A program made the position numbers and the translations under genes. Under the pieces are notes generated by a model that was not told the origin of the DNA, did no database searches, and was given only the letters and a program-made list of their open reading frames with translations. A DNA stretch of 63,229 nucleotides, filler included, from Folioceros fuciformis (taxonomy: Eukaryota), in assembly GCA_049999805.1 (NCBI GenBank). It is 8 parts of 8 records of this genome, joined end to end, with 100 filler letters (N's around TTAATTAATTAA, not from the genome) between each part and the next. Parts side by side here need not be neighbours in the genome. Positions count along the whole stretch, not along the records: positions 1 to 10,061 come from JBNGIO010004028.1; positions 10,162 to 22,065 come from JBNGIO010004030.1; 6 more parts are not named here. One strand, 5' to 3'. Shown here in pieces: positions 1 through 11,707 of this stretch (position 1 is its first letter; every line of letters begins with the position of its first letter).

Positions 1-65
1 ACACTGAGTTCTTTTATGAACATATATACACACATATATAGAAAATGTAGTTCAATCAATTTATA

Positions 66-752
66 TTAAATATTCTGCATATTTTCAATTATTCTGAAAG
101 ATCTGAATGAAGAATTGGGGCTAGAGTGTCTCCTTCCCCCATGTCTCTTAGATTCCCACTGCCTCCTCCTTCTCTTGTTCATCTTTGTCGTCTCGTAGTC
201 TTCAGCAGCTTTGATGGCTCCTTCCAAAGTTGTCACACCTCTTCGACAGTAGGTCTCCATCTTCTCAGGTAAGCCACCAGCAAACCAATCGAGGGCTTGC
301 TCATCCGAATATCCAAGTGTACTTTGCCCTCTAGGTCCTCCTGACCTTCTAGGGACCCTATCTAGGTAGCTATAGAACCTCTCTATGTAAGAATATAGAA
401 CCTCTTTCCTACCTCTCCTTAGAGTCCTTAATCTAGCAAAGGTACCCGTATGATGACCACGACTCAACCCTCTAAACCTAGTCAGAAATTCAAACTTGAG
501 GCTCCCCCAACTCAACGGTGTGGCACTACTATACGTCCTACTGTACCATTGTTGGGCTTGTCCCCTCAATAGCCCTGGGAATAGCCTTAGCCTATCAGTT
601 TCTGTCCCCTCAAGGTTAGCATTGGATACGTGTTCAAAAGTCCTAATAAAAGCCTCTGCATCTTCTCCTCTCTTTCCCTCTATAAACTTAGCATAATGCT
701 GATGACTATGTGGGTGGACAGCACTTCCACCACTAACACCTGACCCACTCAT
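66..752 (-). CDS. gag: Ty3/Gypsy (Athila-like) Gag, retrotransposon gag domain; probably a remnant
   Basis: Capsid-like motifs F.G...EDAEAFIRTFE, LLRGQAQQWY, SWGSLKFEFLTRF, GLPEKM, TTLEGAIKAAEDYE; lies downstream of a PBS and LTR on the same strand. Confidence 0.85.
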   Translation of the reverse strand: MSGSGVSGGSAVHPHSHQHYAKFIEGKRGEDAEAFIRTFEHVSNANLEGTETDRLRLFPGLLRGQAQQWYSRTYSSATPLSWGSLKFEFLTRFRGLSRGHHTGTFARLRTLRRGRKEVLYSYIERFYSYLDRVPRRSGGPRGQSTLGYSDEQALDWFAGGLPEKMETYCRRGVTTLEGAIKAAEDYETTKMNKRRRRQWESKRHGGRRHSSPNSSFRSFRIIENMQNI

Positions 753-1282
753 CCTAATCGGTTGTGCAACAACTACTGACTATCTAACAGATGTTTGAGT
801 GCCTACTAACAGACTGATAGTTATCTGACCAACAACTATCGGACTGACAGATGATTGGTAAACTGCTGACAAACTGGTAGCCTGTTGGGTAACAGCAGAC
901 AGACTTGTAGCTACCTGCTGGATAGATCTAGCTTCCAAAACTTTGACAGATGTTGGCAGATGTGACTGAACTAACCCATAAGGATGTTCCCTCTTTGATG
1001 AACCCATAGGAACCTCTTGGATCACTCGTTCCTCCCCTTCAAACTCCTCAAAGGTAGGTCCTCCACTTGGAAAATCAGCTTCTTCCCCTGCAAGTACACC
1101 AAGACTAGGCACAAAGTCAGCCTCTCTCGCCCACTCGTCACTCCTTCCTCTGTGCGGCTCGCTGATCTCTTGGCAAAAAGGTGTCTCTCCTCCTTCCAGC
1201 TCCATGTTCACCACGACCACCAAACATGGATGCCCATGCTGCTCAAACACTTCATACACACAGAGGCAACACACAAGCTCAC

Positions 1283-1300
1283 TCCTCGGCAACGGCGCCA
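1283..1300 (-). promoter_or_regulatory. Primer-binding site, Athila-type (tRNA-Asp-like)
   Basis: Minus strand reads ...CCACA TTTT TGGCGCCGTTGCCGAGGA, a TGG-starting PBS 4 nt after the LTR end. Confidence 0.8.
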
Positions 1301-1962
1301 AAAATGTGGCGGCCGGATCTCGGGGAGTGGGGCTCCCTGAGCTCCGTCCTATAGTGGCCACACTTATTCCACTGTCGTTAGTATAGAATGGGTTTCAATC
1401 CCACCAAAGAGTGGCTGGTGTTCCCAATCTGCAGTGTATGTGATGACTTCTCCTAACTCCACAACTTCACAGCTCTTACATCCAATTGTTGACCCTCTAC
1501 TCTTGACCTTGCGACCCCTAGTCAGGACTTGGCTAGTTGCAAACAGATCAGGTCTGTCACCCCTAACCTGACTACACAACCTCCCACTTCACACTTCTCA
1601 CGTCTCACATCCCTCTTCCATCCAAATTACTTTGACCAGAGTAATTTAGTCTCCGGTCAGAGGTACTACTCACCTTCCGACAGACCTGCCAACTGCAGAC
1701 AGGTCAAGACTGTCACTCCTACCCTGCCAACAGTTCACGTCGCTACTGCCGACCTATGGACAGATCTTCACACTCTAAGCTACTGTAGCTGGTACTGCCT
1801 ACAACCCCCTCACTCCAAGTACTGGAAACCACAAGTCAGAACCTGCAGGAGGAAGCTACAACCAAGTTGCAACCCTCCCCCGTCAGATTCTGCCAGCACC
1901 ACGACAGAAACACAGACACTAATTATGGCGGATTTGAGGAAACACTGCCTCAGGCTCCTTGC

Positions 1963-4900
1963 TGTTAAACCCCATTAGGAATGACCTGCTGGGGTCGTAT
2001 ATATATAACCACGGTCACGGGTTAAGTAATTAGGGTTGTATAGNNNNNNNNNNTGCACATGAAGTGTTTTGATCTAACCTTTACGACTTCTAGCTACTTG
2101 CTAACCACCAAGGGCCCAACCAGTTCCGTGGTGGCTAGAGGCCTTTTAGAGCATGACCTCTACAGGTTAGACCTTTCATGGGCGCCTACTAGAAGTTCTC
2201 ATGTTGCTTCACAGTCACAAGCCCACCTAGCTCAGCTTTGGCATGCTAGACTAGAACATGCTAACAAGGACAAGCTCCTTAAGATGTCTAAGTTAGAATG
2301 CTATAGAGAGCCCCTACCTAGGTGTTTTAAGGAACTTCTTTTGTGCGACTCTTGCATAGTTGCAAAGCAAAAGGAGTTACCCTTTCCTACCAATGTCACT
2401 TTTAGGTCAGCTAACATCCTAGATCTTGTCCATGCTGATATATCTGGCAAGATACATGTTCCCTCTTTTGGTGGCTCTCTCTATTATTTAACAATAACAG
2501 ATGACTTCAGCCGCTATTCTTAGACATACCCAATGAAGAAGAAATAAGAGACCTTCCAGTTCTTCAAAGAATGGATCATCATGGTTCAAAGGCAAACAAG
2601 GTGTTACCTCCGATGCTTGAGGTCAGATAATGGTAGTGAGTTTGTTAACTCTCCATTTAATGATTACCTTGCCGCTCAAGGGATCACACGTCAGCTAAGT
2701 ATCCCATATACTCAACAACAAAATGGAGTAGCTAAGCGCCGCAACCAGACTTTGCTCAAAATGACACGTGCCATGCTAGCTAGGTCAGGCCTCAGCAAAG
2801 CCTATTGGGCGGAGGCAGTTGTTACTGCCACATATATCTTGAATCGAGTTCCAACAATAGTTGTGCTTGATCGCACTTTGTTTGAAGTGATATGGAAGCG
2901 GAAACCAAATCTGCTTCATCTTAGGGTATTCGGCTCACTAGCTTACACCTATATCCATTCAGAATAGCATAGGAAGCTCGAGGATAGGGCAAGACCTTTG
3001 GTTTTCATTAGTTATGGAGAAGAAACCAAGGCGTATAAACTCTATGACCTCCTACTTGATCGTTGATTTTTGTTCGGAGCATCACCTTCAAAGAGCTTGT
3101 CAAGCCTCGGCTTACGACTTTTGCTTTGGATTCTGAGTTCGTTACTTCTTCTCCACCCGTGCCTGATTCACCTGCAACTGCTGACCTTGGTTTTGATGAC
3201 TCCCCCTCCGAGTATCCACAAGATGCTTTCTATGAACTGCTTGTGTCTTCTCTGGCAGCTGGCAGTTCAAGGGGTGGATTTCCAACATCTATAGTACCAT
3301 TGATACCTACGTTGCAGCCCTCCCAACCTACCATTATTTCACCTGCTAACCCTACTGATGTTGAAGAGCATGAAGCAGATCATGTTCCTGAGCAACAGCC
3401 ACTTGAGCAGGACACACTTGAGCAACTTGAAGCAGATCCTCTTTATGATGAGGACCCTGAACCAGGTGCAGATGTTAATCAGGATGATCAGGTTCTTGAC
3501 TTGACCGATGATGTTGTCAATGCAGAACCAGATGGTGCTCCCATTCAGGTTGAACCTACTGTTGAGGAAAGGAGATATCCAAGCCGGTCACGTCCATCTC
3601 GAGATAGCTGGACCTCTAGACCCTATGAGTCAGAGGACTTCCGTCTCCCACGATCTACTAGGCTATGTGAAGCCTCCTCCACCAGCACACCTCACCCAGC
3701 AGAACCTCAAACCTACAAGGAGGCTATAAAAGGTGCACATAAACACCATTGGCTTCCATCAATTCAAGACGAGTATGACTCCTTTGATGAAGAATGGAAC
3801 ATGGGAACTTTGCCCCTTACCTGTTGGAAGGAAAACGATGAGTTGCAAGTGGGTGTTCAAATATAAGCTGAACGCACAAGGAGACATAGCACGTTACAAA
3901 TCACGTCTTGTTGCTCGCGGCTTCTCACAAGTAGCAGGTGTGGACTTCAACGAAACTTTCAGCCCTGTCGTCAAGACACAATCCATCAAGATGATCCTAG
4001 CCCTTGCAGCTGCTAGAGACTGGGATCTAGAGCAAATGGATGTCTCAACAGCCTTCCTCTATGGAGAATTAGAGGAAGATATCTATATGGACCAGCCTGA
4101 GGGCTTTGTCGATCTGGAACATCCAGATTGGGTGTGCAAATTCAAACAAAGTGCTCAAGAGTGGTACAAGTTTATCGACAAGTACCTCAAGTTCGTTGGC
4201 TTCATCCAAAACCCTGCAGGCGCCAACGTCTACATATGTTGCAGAGGAGGATATCTTGTGATATTGGCTTTGTATGTTGATGATGCAATCCTCGCGTCAA
4301 ATAATAGGGATTTGCTAGATTGGGTGAAGGCCATGCTGCACAAGCGATATGACATGAAGGACATTGGAGAACTCACCTTTGTTCTTGGGGTTAAGCTCCT
4401 TAGGGATAGAGCTAATCACACTCTTGTCCTTCACCAGACCAAGTATATCAACGAGACCATTTGCCGCTTCAACCTGCAAGATGCAAAGCCCGTCAGCACA
4501 CCTGGTTGTGTTGGGGTCAAGCTCACTTCCCTCCAATCTCCATAGGATGACATAGATCAGGAACTCATGAGCCAAGTGCCATATCGTCATGTCGTAGGGT
4601 GCTTGAACTATATAAGCTGCTGGACAAGACCAGATATCCAGCATGCTGTCAATGCAGTTTTCCAATTCTTGGAGAAGCCAGGTTAGGAGCATTGGATCGC
4701 CGTCAAAAGGATCCTCCGCTACTTGAAGGGCACTTCAACACATGGACTATGCTTCAAGGCATGGATCAGAATATCACCTTGGTTGGATATGTAGATGTTG
4801 ACTGAGGAACTGATCCAAATGAGCGTAGGAGTGTGTCTGCCTATTACTTTCTCTTGTCAGGAGCAGCCGTGAACTGGAGCTCGAAGAAGTAGGCTTCTGT

Positions 4901-5690
4901 GACTTTATCATCCACCGAAGCTGAGTACAAGGCATTGATAGAGTCAACCAAAGAAGCAGAGTGGGAACGATCATTCCTAGCCGGCCTGAACTTCAACCAA
5001 AAGATTCCTACAACTATATATTGCGACAATATGTCTACAATTGCTTTGGTTGGGAACCCTCATTTTCATGCTCGAACGAAGCACATTGAAATTCAGCACC
5101 ACTTCGTCCGGCACTCTGTTGAGCGGAAGGTGATACAGATTGAACATGTGCCAACGGAGCTGAACACTACCGACTTGCTGACCAAGTGTTTGTCAACACA
5201 TAAGCACAATTTCCACAAGGAAGCTCTGGGTTTGGTGGACTACAGCTCCTATCTACACTTCTCTTCTACAAAGCATTGATGGAAAATTGCTCACATCACC
5301 AGGAGTGGGACCAAACGGATGAAGCTTAGTGCCTACATCTAATCGTTCACCTCACTCTGGCAACTTTGCTTTGGCCGCCCTTTCCAGACCACCCAAAGCT
5401 CTTCATCACCCTGAAGATTTGCACACAACGCCTACAACTTCTAACTAGTGACGTGGTTAAGGGGGTGTGTTAAACCCCATTAGGAATGACCCGCTGGGGT
5501 TGTATATATATAACCACGGTCACGGGTTAAGTAATTAGGGTTGTATAGTAAAGGTCACTTAGAGTTAAACAACTTATGTATATAAGACACTCTTTTGATC
5601 ACTTAATATTATTGTCTTGTTTTCTTTATGACAAGTTTGCTCTTGTCTGCATCTTCCAGCATCTCTAGAATATTGTCTAAAATATTGACA
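1963..5690 (+). mobile_element. Ty1/Copia LTR retrotransposon, decayed; gag/PR portion missing at the 10-N gap
   Basis: 5' LTR begins 1963 (TGTTAAACCCC); 3' LTR 5468-5690 (TG...CA); PPT AAGGGGGTG before 5468; TSD CTTGC at 1958-1962 and 5691-5695; 2 mismatches in the 81 comparable LTR bases. Confidence 0.93.
2054..5279 (+). pseudogene. pol: Copia pol (GAG-pre-integrase, integrase, RT, RNase H) with stops and frameshifts
   Basis: LWHARLEH, LRSDNGSEF, QQNGVAKRRN, YKSRLVARGFSQ, LYVDD, SSTEAEYKA, HARTKHIEIQHHFVR, in INT-RT-RH order. Confidence 0.95.
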
Positions 5691-6377
5691 CTTGCCAGGC
5701 CTTGAACACTCTTGGTGCCTTGCAACTCTAAACATTACAACGACCTTCACCTCCACTCCTCTACTTGTTCTCCCCTCCGCGGGTCAGAACTCTCTTACGC
5801 TACCCCACAGATTGATGGAACCTGCCCTTACCTCCTACCAGGCTCCAAGTCTCCTTGACCGGCAACACACTAGCAAGACTAGTATGTGGGAACAGTAGGG
5901 ACAGCAACCATGGACACTTGCACCATCAGCCAGCAAACCCCAACCTCATCCACATCTACAGCTGCAACTTAGCAACATCTGACTAGAAAGGGAGACAAGG
6001 TCTCAACCACATCAATCAGCTGAAACAAGACACATCTAGAGCTCAAGAAGCAAGAGCTGAAGACTAAAGGGTGGCAAGTGACAAAATGAGTTCAGAGAAC
6101 TCTCCTAGCCTTATAGGAGATCCCCTCTCTCTTCACGCTCTCTCTCTTCTTAGGTCAATACTATAAAAATCAACTAAATTAATGAACCTCTTGGCTTATT
6201 GATGTTAGAGAAATAACCATCGAGGGTTAATTAATCCTAGCTACTTTAGGGTTACAACTATTATTTGTATATAACTCTTTTTGCTCCATTATTGAAGATT
6301 TTTTTTGCCTTTATTATCAACTACTTGCCTTTGCATGCTAGCTTACTTAGCTAGGTGCATGAGGCCTATTATTTACA

Positions 6378-6389
6378 TGGTATCAAAGC
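6378..6389 (+). promoter_or_regulatory. Primer-binding site, tRNA-iMet type
   Basis: TGGTATCAAAGC, one mismatch to canonical TGGTATCAGAGC, immediately after the LTR CA end. Confidence 0.85.
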
Positions 6390-6417
6390 CTGATGCCTAA
6401 TCTTTGTTGATTGTGCA

Positions 6418-7050
6418 ATGCCTCGTACAAGGGAATCCCATATATTACCTACCTCTTGTGAGGCGTTTCCATGCAATCACAGAGGAGCACAATGGATTCC
6501 CCCAACACGCAACGGACCTTGGAATCAATATCTTGATGAGTATCGTACCCAAATCCATGCGCATTGGAAGAGGCAAGCACAAGAACAAAGACAATATTGC
6601 AATCAGCTGAGAGATTGCAAAGGGGAGTCATCATGCTCTCATCCTGCTGAAAATTCTAGATTACAGTCGAATTCTAGACTTATGAGAACTCGAAGGGATT
6701 CATCCATTTATGACACTTTGCAAAATTCCAAATTAAAACAACAATTTTTGAATTTGGATGATGCCATATCAGATGAGGAGAATGATAACGATTTCCTAGA
6801 TTCCAATGAATCATTGTCAAAATTGATTAATTATCACTATGACAGACTTGATGTTCGAATTTCTCAATTGATTGCAAGACAAAATCTCTTTCTTACAGCC
6901 TTACATGACATGGAGAAGAGATTGCAACATGGCATGAATCAATGCAACAAGGATATCAATAATGGTGTATCTACTACTCAGCACTTAATCCAATTGTTTA
7001 TGCAACACTCAGACGTGAAGAAATTACAAAAATTGGGCCAATCAGGGTAG
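6418..7050 (+). CDS. Accessory ORF (210 aa, unknown, coiled-coil-like C-terminal half) between PBS and gag of a Copia
   Basis: Open ATG-to-TAG frame starting about 30 nt after the PBS; acidic patch and heptad-like C-terminus; no recognised domain. Confidence 0.5.
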   Translation: MPRTRESHILPTSCEAFPCNHRGAQWIPPTRNGPWNQYLDEYRTQIHAHWKRQAQEQRQYCNQLRDCKGESSCSHPAENSRLQSNSRLMRTRRDSSIYDTLQNSKLKQQFLNLDDAISDEENDNDFLDSNESLSKLINYHYDRLDVRISQLIARQNLFLTALHDMEKRLQHGMNQCNKDINNGVSTTQHLIQLFMQHSDVKKLQKLGQSG

Positions 7051-7455
7051 AGCCCTGAAGATATTGCTCTATAACTTCCGCTGTGCGCAGAAGGGGGGGA
7101 CATTACAGTGGTGTGCAGTGCTTGGGCGCTCACTACGGTCATGCTGGAGCAAGGGATTGACTGATTTTGCCTAAGATCTGAAGCAATTCATTCAATTTCT
7201 TCCTTGCTGCCAATTGGCAATTAAAACAGTTATTTGGCTCCTCCCCTGCCATTTAAAAAATCCCATGAACACTTTTATTAGTTTTTTAGGGCACTTTTTT
7301 CAGAACTTCGGATAGGTTTCCTAAATAGGGCACCTTTCACATTCATTTATACATTCACATTAGATCTGAATGGTCACAGATTTTTTTGACATACCTTCTT
7401 GTTAGTTTGCAATTCCCTGTTGCACTTCTCTTCATCCTCTTGCAAACACACAGTC

Positions 7456-9931
7456 ATGGCCACACCTACTTTTACATCTGATCTTAAGGATAAAGACAGA
7501 TTTAACGGCACTAGGTATGACATATGGAGTGTTAGGATGAAATCAACCTTGCTTGCCCGTGGAGTCTAGAAGGTGGTTGATGGATCTGATCCGGACCCAG
7601 GCACTCCATCTAATCCTACAACAGCAAGAGTTACAGTTACCCAAGCACAGAAGGATACATGGGATAACCTAAATAGAATTGCCATGGCCTTGCTTGTTAA
7701 TGGGCTTGATTTAGATCTTGTCCCCGAAGTAGAGTTCCTCACAATGCCAAGGCAATTTGGGATCAGCTTGTAGGAACCTACAAAGTTGAAACTATGATGA
7801 GCTTATGCGCAGTAAGGCAGCAATTTTATACCTTGCGCATGAAGGAAGGAGATTCTGTTGCATCATTCACTAGTCGATTTCGGCATTTGCGTGCCCAAAT
7901 GGCTGCCCTTGGCACAACTATGCAAGAAGTGGATGCGGTGGCTCAGCTTCTCACCAGCCTGCCTCCCAGTTACCAAACATTTGTCACAACACAGAACGGT
8001 CTAATTCGAACTGCTGGCCAGAATGTCAAGCTCACATATGTCATTGGGGTTCTTTACCAAGAGGAGATGAGCCGCCAGATGTCATCAAGGGGACAACGTT
8101 CTAAAACAGACAAAGTATTTTCTGCGACAAGAGGAGGTCGTTTCAACACAAGAGGTAGAGGGAGAGGTCAATCACCTGCTCAGCGCAACATTACCAATCC
8201 TTCCACTTCAAAGAGACAAGGTAACTGCAATTGGTGTGGGACTCCTCGGCATTGGGCCAGAGAGTGCAAAAAGAAGAAACCTGGGGAGCCTCAGTGGGCA
8301 ATGCCTCGACCTGCAACTGCACACGCCATATCACAATCCAAAGATAAGGTTTCAGAACCTCAGTCTAGTAAGCAAGTAGTGAAATTCTTGACAGTCCACT
8401 TAAGCACTCACACAAGTGAGGTAGACAGTTGGTACCTTGATAGTGGTGCCACAGCTCACATTTGTTGTAACGAGTCCCACTTCACTAGCTTGACGCTTAC
8501 TAGTATCTCTGAAAAAGCTTTCTTGGGTGATGAATCCAGCTCCAACAGTCTGCACATACATGGTAGAGGAGTATGTAAGTTCCCACTTCATGATGATACC
8601 ATCTTAGTTTTACCAGGTGTTCTCTATGTGCCTAAGATGGCCAAAAATCTGATGTCCCTTAATAGGATAATGCAAATGAAGGATTTGATACTTATAGTCT
8701 CCGAAAGCATTTGTTGCTTTGCCCGTCATAGCTCCCCTTCTTGCTGCATTTTTCAAGTTGTCCTAGAATCAGAACTATATCGTCTGGATATCACTTGCAT
8801 TCGTCGTGAACAAGTTAATTCTACAAATGTTGGTCCTTTGACAATAGCCCAACAGGCTGGACTTTGGCACACCTGCCTAGGGCATGCAAATCGCTCTAAA
8901 CTTGTTGATCTATCTAAGCAGGACTGTTACAAGGAGCCCCTCCCTTGCTGATTTAAAGATCTGCTAATTTATGAAGTATGTGCTTTGGCAAAATAGCGGG
9001 AGACACCCTTTCCTACAGCTCCTACATTTCGACCCACAGCAGTTATGGAGTTAGTACATGCAGACTCAGTGGGAGACTTCAAGAACGATCTCTTGGTGGA
9101 GCACAATATTACTTTACCCTTACTGATGACTACAGCAGATATACATGGACTTGCCCTATGGAGCACAAGAGTGACACCTTTCTTTTCTTTCAAGATTGGT
9201 TGCTAGTTGTTTAAAGGCAGACTGGTCGTATGCTGAAGTTGTTCCGCACCGACGATGGAGGGGAATTCACGAGCTTTGCCTTTGAGCATTTCCTGGAGAC
9301 ACAAGGCATTATCCATCAGCTAATAGTTCCATACACACAACAACAGAATGGCATTGCGAAAAGAAAAAATCAGACGCTGATGGGGATGATGCAATCTATG
9401 CTTTTGTGGTCTGGATTACCTAATCCTTTATGGGTTGAAGCTGTAGTCACGGCTACCTAAATATTGAATCGTCTTACCTCTCATTCTGTTTCCGGTAGCA
9501 CACCTTTTCAACTATTTTGGAATCAAAAGCCGAGTATTTTACACCTGCGTAATTTTGGTTCTCGTGCTTTTGCTTATGTGCCTGCAAAGAAGAGACGTAA
9601 GCTTGATAATCGTTCAAGACGATTGATTTTTGTAGGCTACAGTGAAGTGACTAAGGTCTATAAACTTCTAGACACTCAAACAATGCAGCCAGTGGTAGCT
9701 CAAAGTGTTACCTTTATTGAGAATTTGATTCCTTTATCAGCTGATTCCTCCCTTTTACCTGGAACAAAGGAGGATCTTGTTAGTAAGGAGTATTCTGAAA
9801 ATTCACGTAATTACCCATATGATGCAGACGATGAGTCAAATGCAGGTATTGTTTTCCCCCCTGCTTCAGCTCTTTAGCCCTTGCCTTTAGCACTTGCACA
9901 ACCAGTCATCCCCGCACCACCAGCTGATGCT
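7456..9931 (+). pseudogene. gag-pol: Copia gag-protease-integrase, disrupted
   Basis: ATG 7456 ...FNGTRYDIWSVRMK; LRMKEGDSV; zinc knuckle CNWCGTPRHWAREC; WYLDSGATAH; RTDDGGEF; several stops and frameshifts. Confidence 0.93.
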
Positions 9932-10061
9932 TGTGGAGGCAAAACCCCGGGCACTGATTGCCAATGGGTTCCACCTTTAGTGGCCACACTTATCCCACTG
10001 TCGTTGAGACATTGGGTTTCGTTCCCACAAAGGAGCGATGGGGTTCCTTGCTGCTGTGGAT
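9932..10061 (-). mobile_element. 3' end of an Athila-type LTR (family A), inserted in Copia and truncated by the contig end
   Basis: Nearly identical to 53913-54040; similar to the reverse complement of 11160-11290. Confidence 0.85.
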
Positions 10062-10161
10062 NNNNNNNNNNNNNNNNNNNNNNNNNNNNNNNNNNNNNNN
10101 NNNNNTTAATTAATTAANNNNNNNNNNNNNNNNNNNNNNNNNNNNNNNNNNNNNNNNNNNN
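10062..10161. other. Artificial scaffold linker (N44-TTAATTAATTAA-N44); also at 22066, 34816, 44685, 51145, 55007 and 61285
   Basis: Same 12-mer (stops in all frames) centred in 100-nt N blocks, seven times. Confidence 0.95.
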
Positions 10162-10190
10162 ACTACTACCCCAAACTTTGGAGGTTCACA

Positions 10191-11290
10191 GTTGCTAACT
10201 TTAGGCCCGGTTCTGGTTGCTGATCCCACCTCTTCCCTATCTTCTCCCACTACTCATACTCCTCCCTTGTACGCAGGCTCAGCCACCAAGGGGGAATAGT
10301 TGCAGGGGAAGGCTTTGTGGGTAGCCCTCCAGCAAGGAAGAGGTGGCGTCCGCAAGAACTTTGAAGATTAGGCATCTTTCAAAGTCTCAGGGTAGTTTGA
10401 GAGGTGGTACATACTTGTGGTGGCATAGGGTCAAGCAGGTTGTAGAGCCAGCTCATTGGCGGCAAGATGTGCTAGGAAAATCTAAATAAGTGGCCGGTGA
10501 CAACTGGCTAGGCTAGTGGTCCTATTAAAATAATATTTCTCTAGCTAGAGAGAGGTGGAGTCAGAGAGAGGCTCCTATAAGATCAAGGGAGCATGTAGGA
10601 GGCAGATTATCACTTTGCAAGCTCTCTTAGGCTGTCCGTGCTTGGATACAACAGTGTGTGTGCCAGTTGTGCATGTGTGCAGCATCTGGAAAGGCTTTGA
10701 GAATTGGTGGCCAGGGTTAAGGGTAGGGTCCCTTTTAATTCTTGATCGTGCTCTCCGTGTCGTGTCTCCATGATCTATCATTTTTGTTTCCTCGCAGGGT
10801 TGGAGTGAGTGCCGACCATGCTTGCATGGTGTCTAGTAGGATCGTGGGTGGCGGCATGCTTTTCTTTGGGGTTAGTCTAGTGACTCTTGCCGGGTAGGGG
10901 GAGTCAATAGGAAAGTGTAGAAGGTAGTGGTGTCATTGTTGGTTGCTGGTTGTCGCTGGTGCTGGAGTGAGTGAGTGAGTGAAGTGAAGTGAGGGAAGTC
11001 GCAGATTTGAGAAGTTAGGGTCGTTGTAGTGATTGGAGTGAGTTTGTGGGCACCAAGAGAGGTCCAATTGTCTGCTGCACAACGAAGTTTGTCCCACTCT
11101 TGATCGGAGTTGGAGGGGAGCCCTCGAATCTATCATCGAGTCGATTGAGTCCGACCCTCCATCCAGAGCAGCTAGGAATCCCATTGCTCCTTCGTGGGAA
11201 CGAAACCCAATGTCTCAACGACAGTGGGATAAGTGTGGCCGCTAAAGGTTGAACCCGTTGGCAAACAGTGCCCAGGGTTTTGCCACCACA
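10191..11290 (+). mobile_element. Family A long LTR fragment ending CCACA; 10162-10190 is the 5' terminus of a further nested LTR on the minus strand
   Basis: Colinear with the reverse complement of 53913-55006; TATA CTCCTATAAG near 10573; 10162-10190 matches the reverse complement of 21690-21718. Confidence 0.85.
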
Positions 11291-11707
11291 TGCTACCCGG
11301 GAACTCTGAGTAGAACCGCGGAGAAATATCTGAAACAACACGTATTAGTTAGAAACCTGAGGTGGGACCCACCCTAGTAGTAGAAGCGGCTATCGGTTGT
11401 GGAGGCCCTACCGGTAGTTGTAAGGTTGGTAGTTGTAGAGACCCCTACCCCTGTAGCTGAGTAAGTCTTGGGGAAGGGGTGTAGGATTGAGCCGTGGTAG
11501 TTAAGCCATTTGAGAGGTAGTGGTAGTGGAACCTGTGGTACTAGAACCGGGGTAGGTAACACTCGACCTAGGTAGAGACCAACTTTTAGAAGAAACCTAT
11601 GTTATTTGACACAAATCATTCCCTTGGGATCGAATGCCAGTGCTTTAACGACATAGAGGGTTTGTGTGGACCTCGAGGTACCCCCGAGTACAATATTTTC
11701 CCCCACA
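11291..11707 (+). mobile_element. Family B LTR 3' fragment ending CCCACA, abutting Copia RT
   Basis: Similar to the reverse complement of 20375-20750 (CCACACAAACCCTCTATGTCGTT, GTGGGTCCCACC). Confidence 0.8.

Larger units (their letters stand above)
1305..6202 (-). mobile_element. 5' LTR of the Athila-like element (1305-1962 plus 5691-6202), split by one Copia insertion and cut off by a second
   Basis: TGTGG terminus and GGCCACACTTATTCCACTGTCG motif shared with LTRs at 9932, 11290, 14079 and 53913; TATA-like CTCCTATAAG (minus) near 6110; TSD CTTGC flanks the interrupting Copia. Confidence 0.75.
6203..9931 (+). mobile_element. Second Ty1/Copia element, 5' half (LTR 6203-6377, PBS, extra ORF, gag-PR-INT)
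   Basis: TGTTAG...TTTACA LTR followed directly by TGGTATCAAAGCC; cut at 9932 by an Athila-type LTR. Confidence 0.88.

Noticed and set aside
10106-10117. Recurrent TTAATTAATTAA motif
   Set aside because: Assembly linker within N runs
9932-11290. Apparent TIR element (TGTGG...CCACA inverted ends flanked by TGCT)
   Set aside because: The ends lie on different contigs, are diverged copies of the same LTR end, and their flanks (Copia versus family B LTR) do not rejoin
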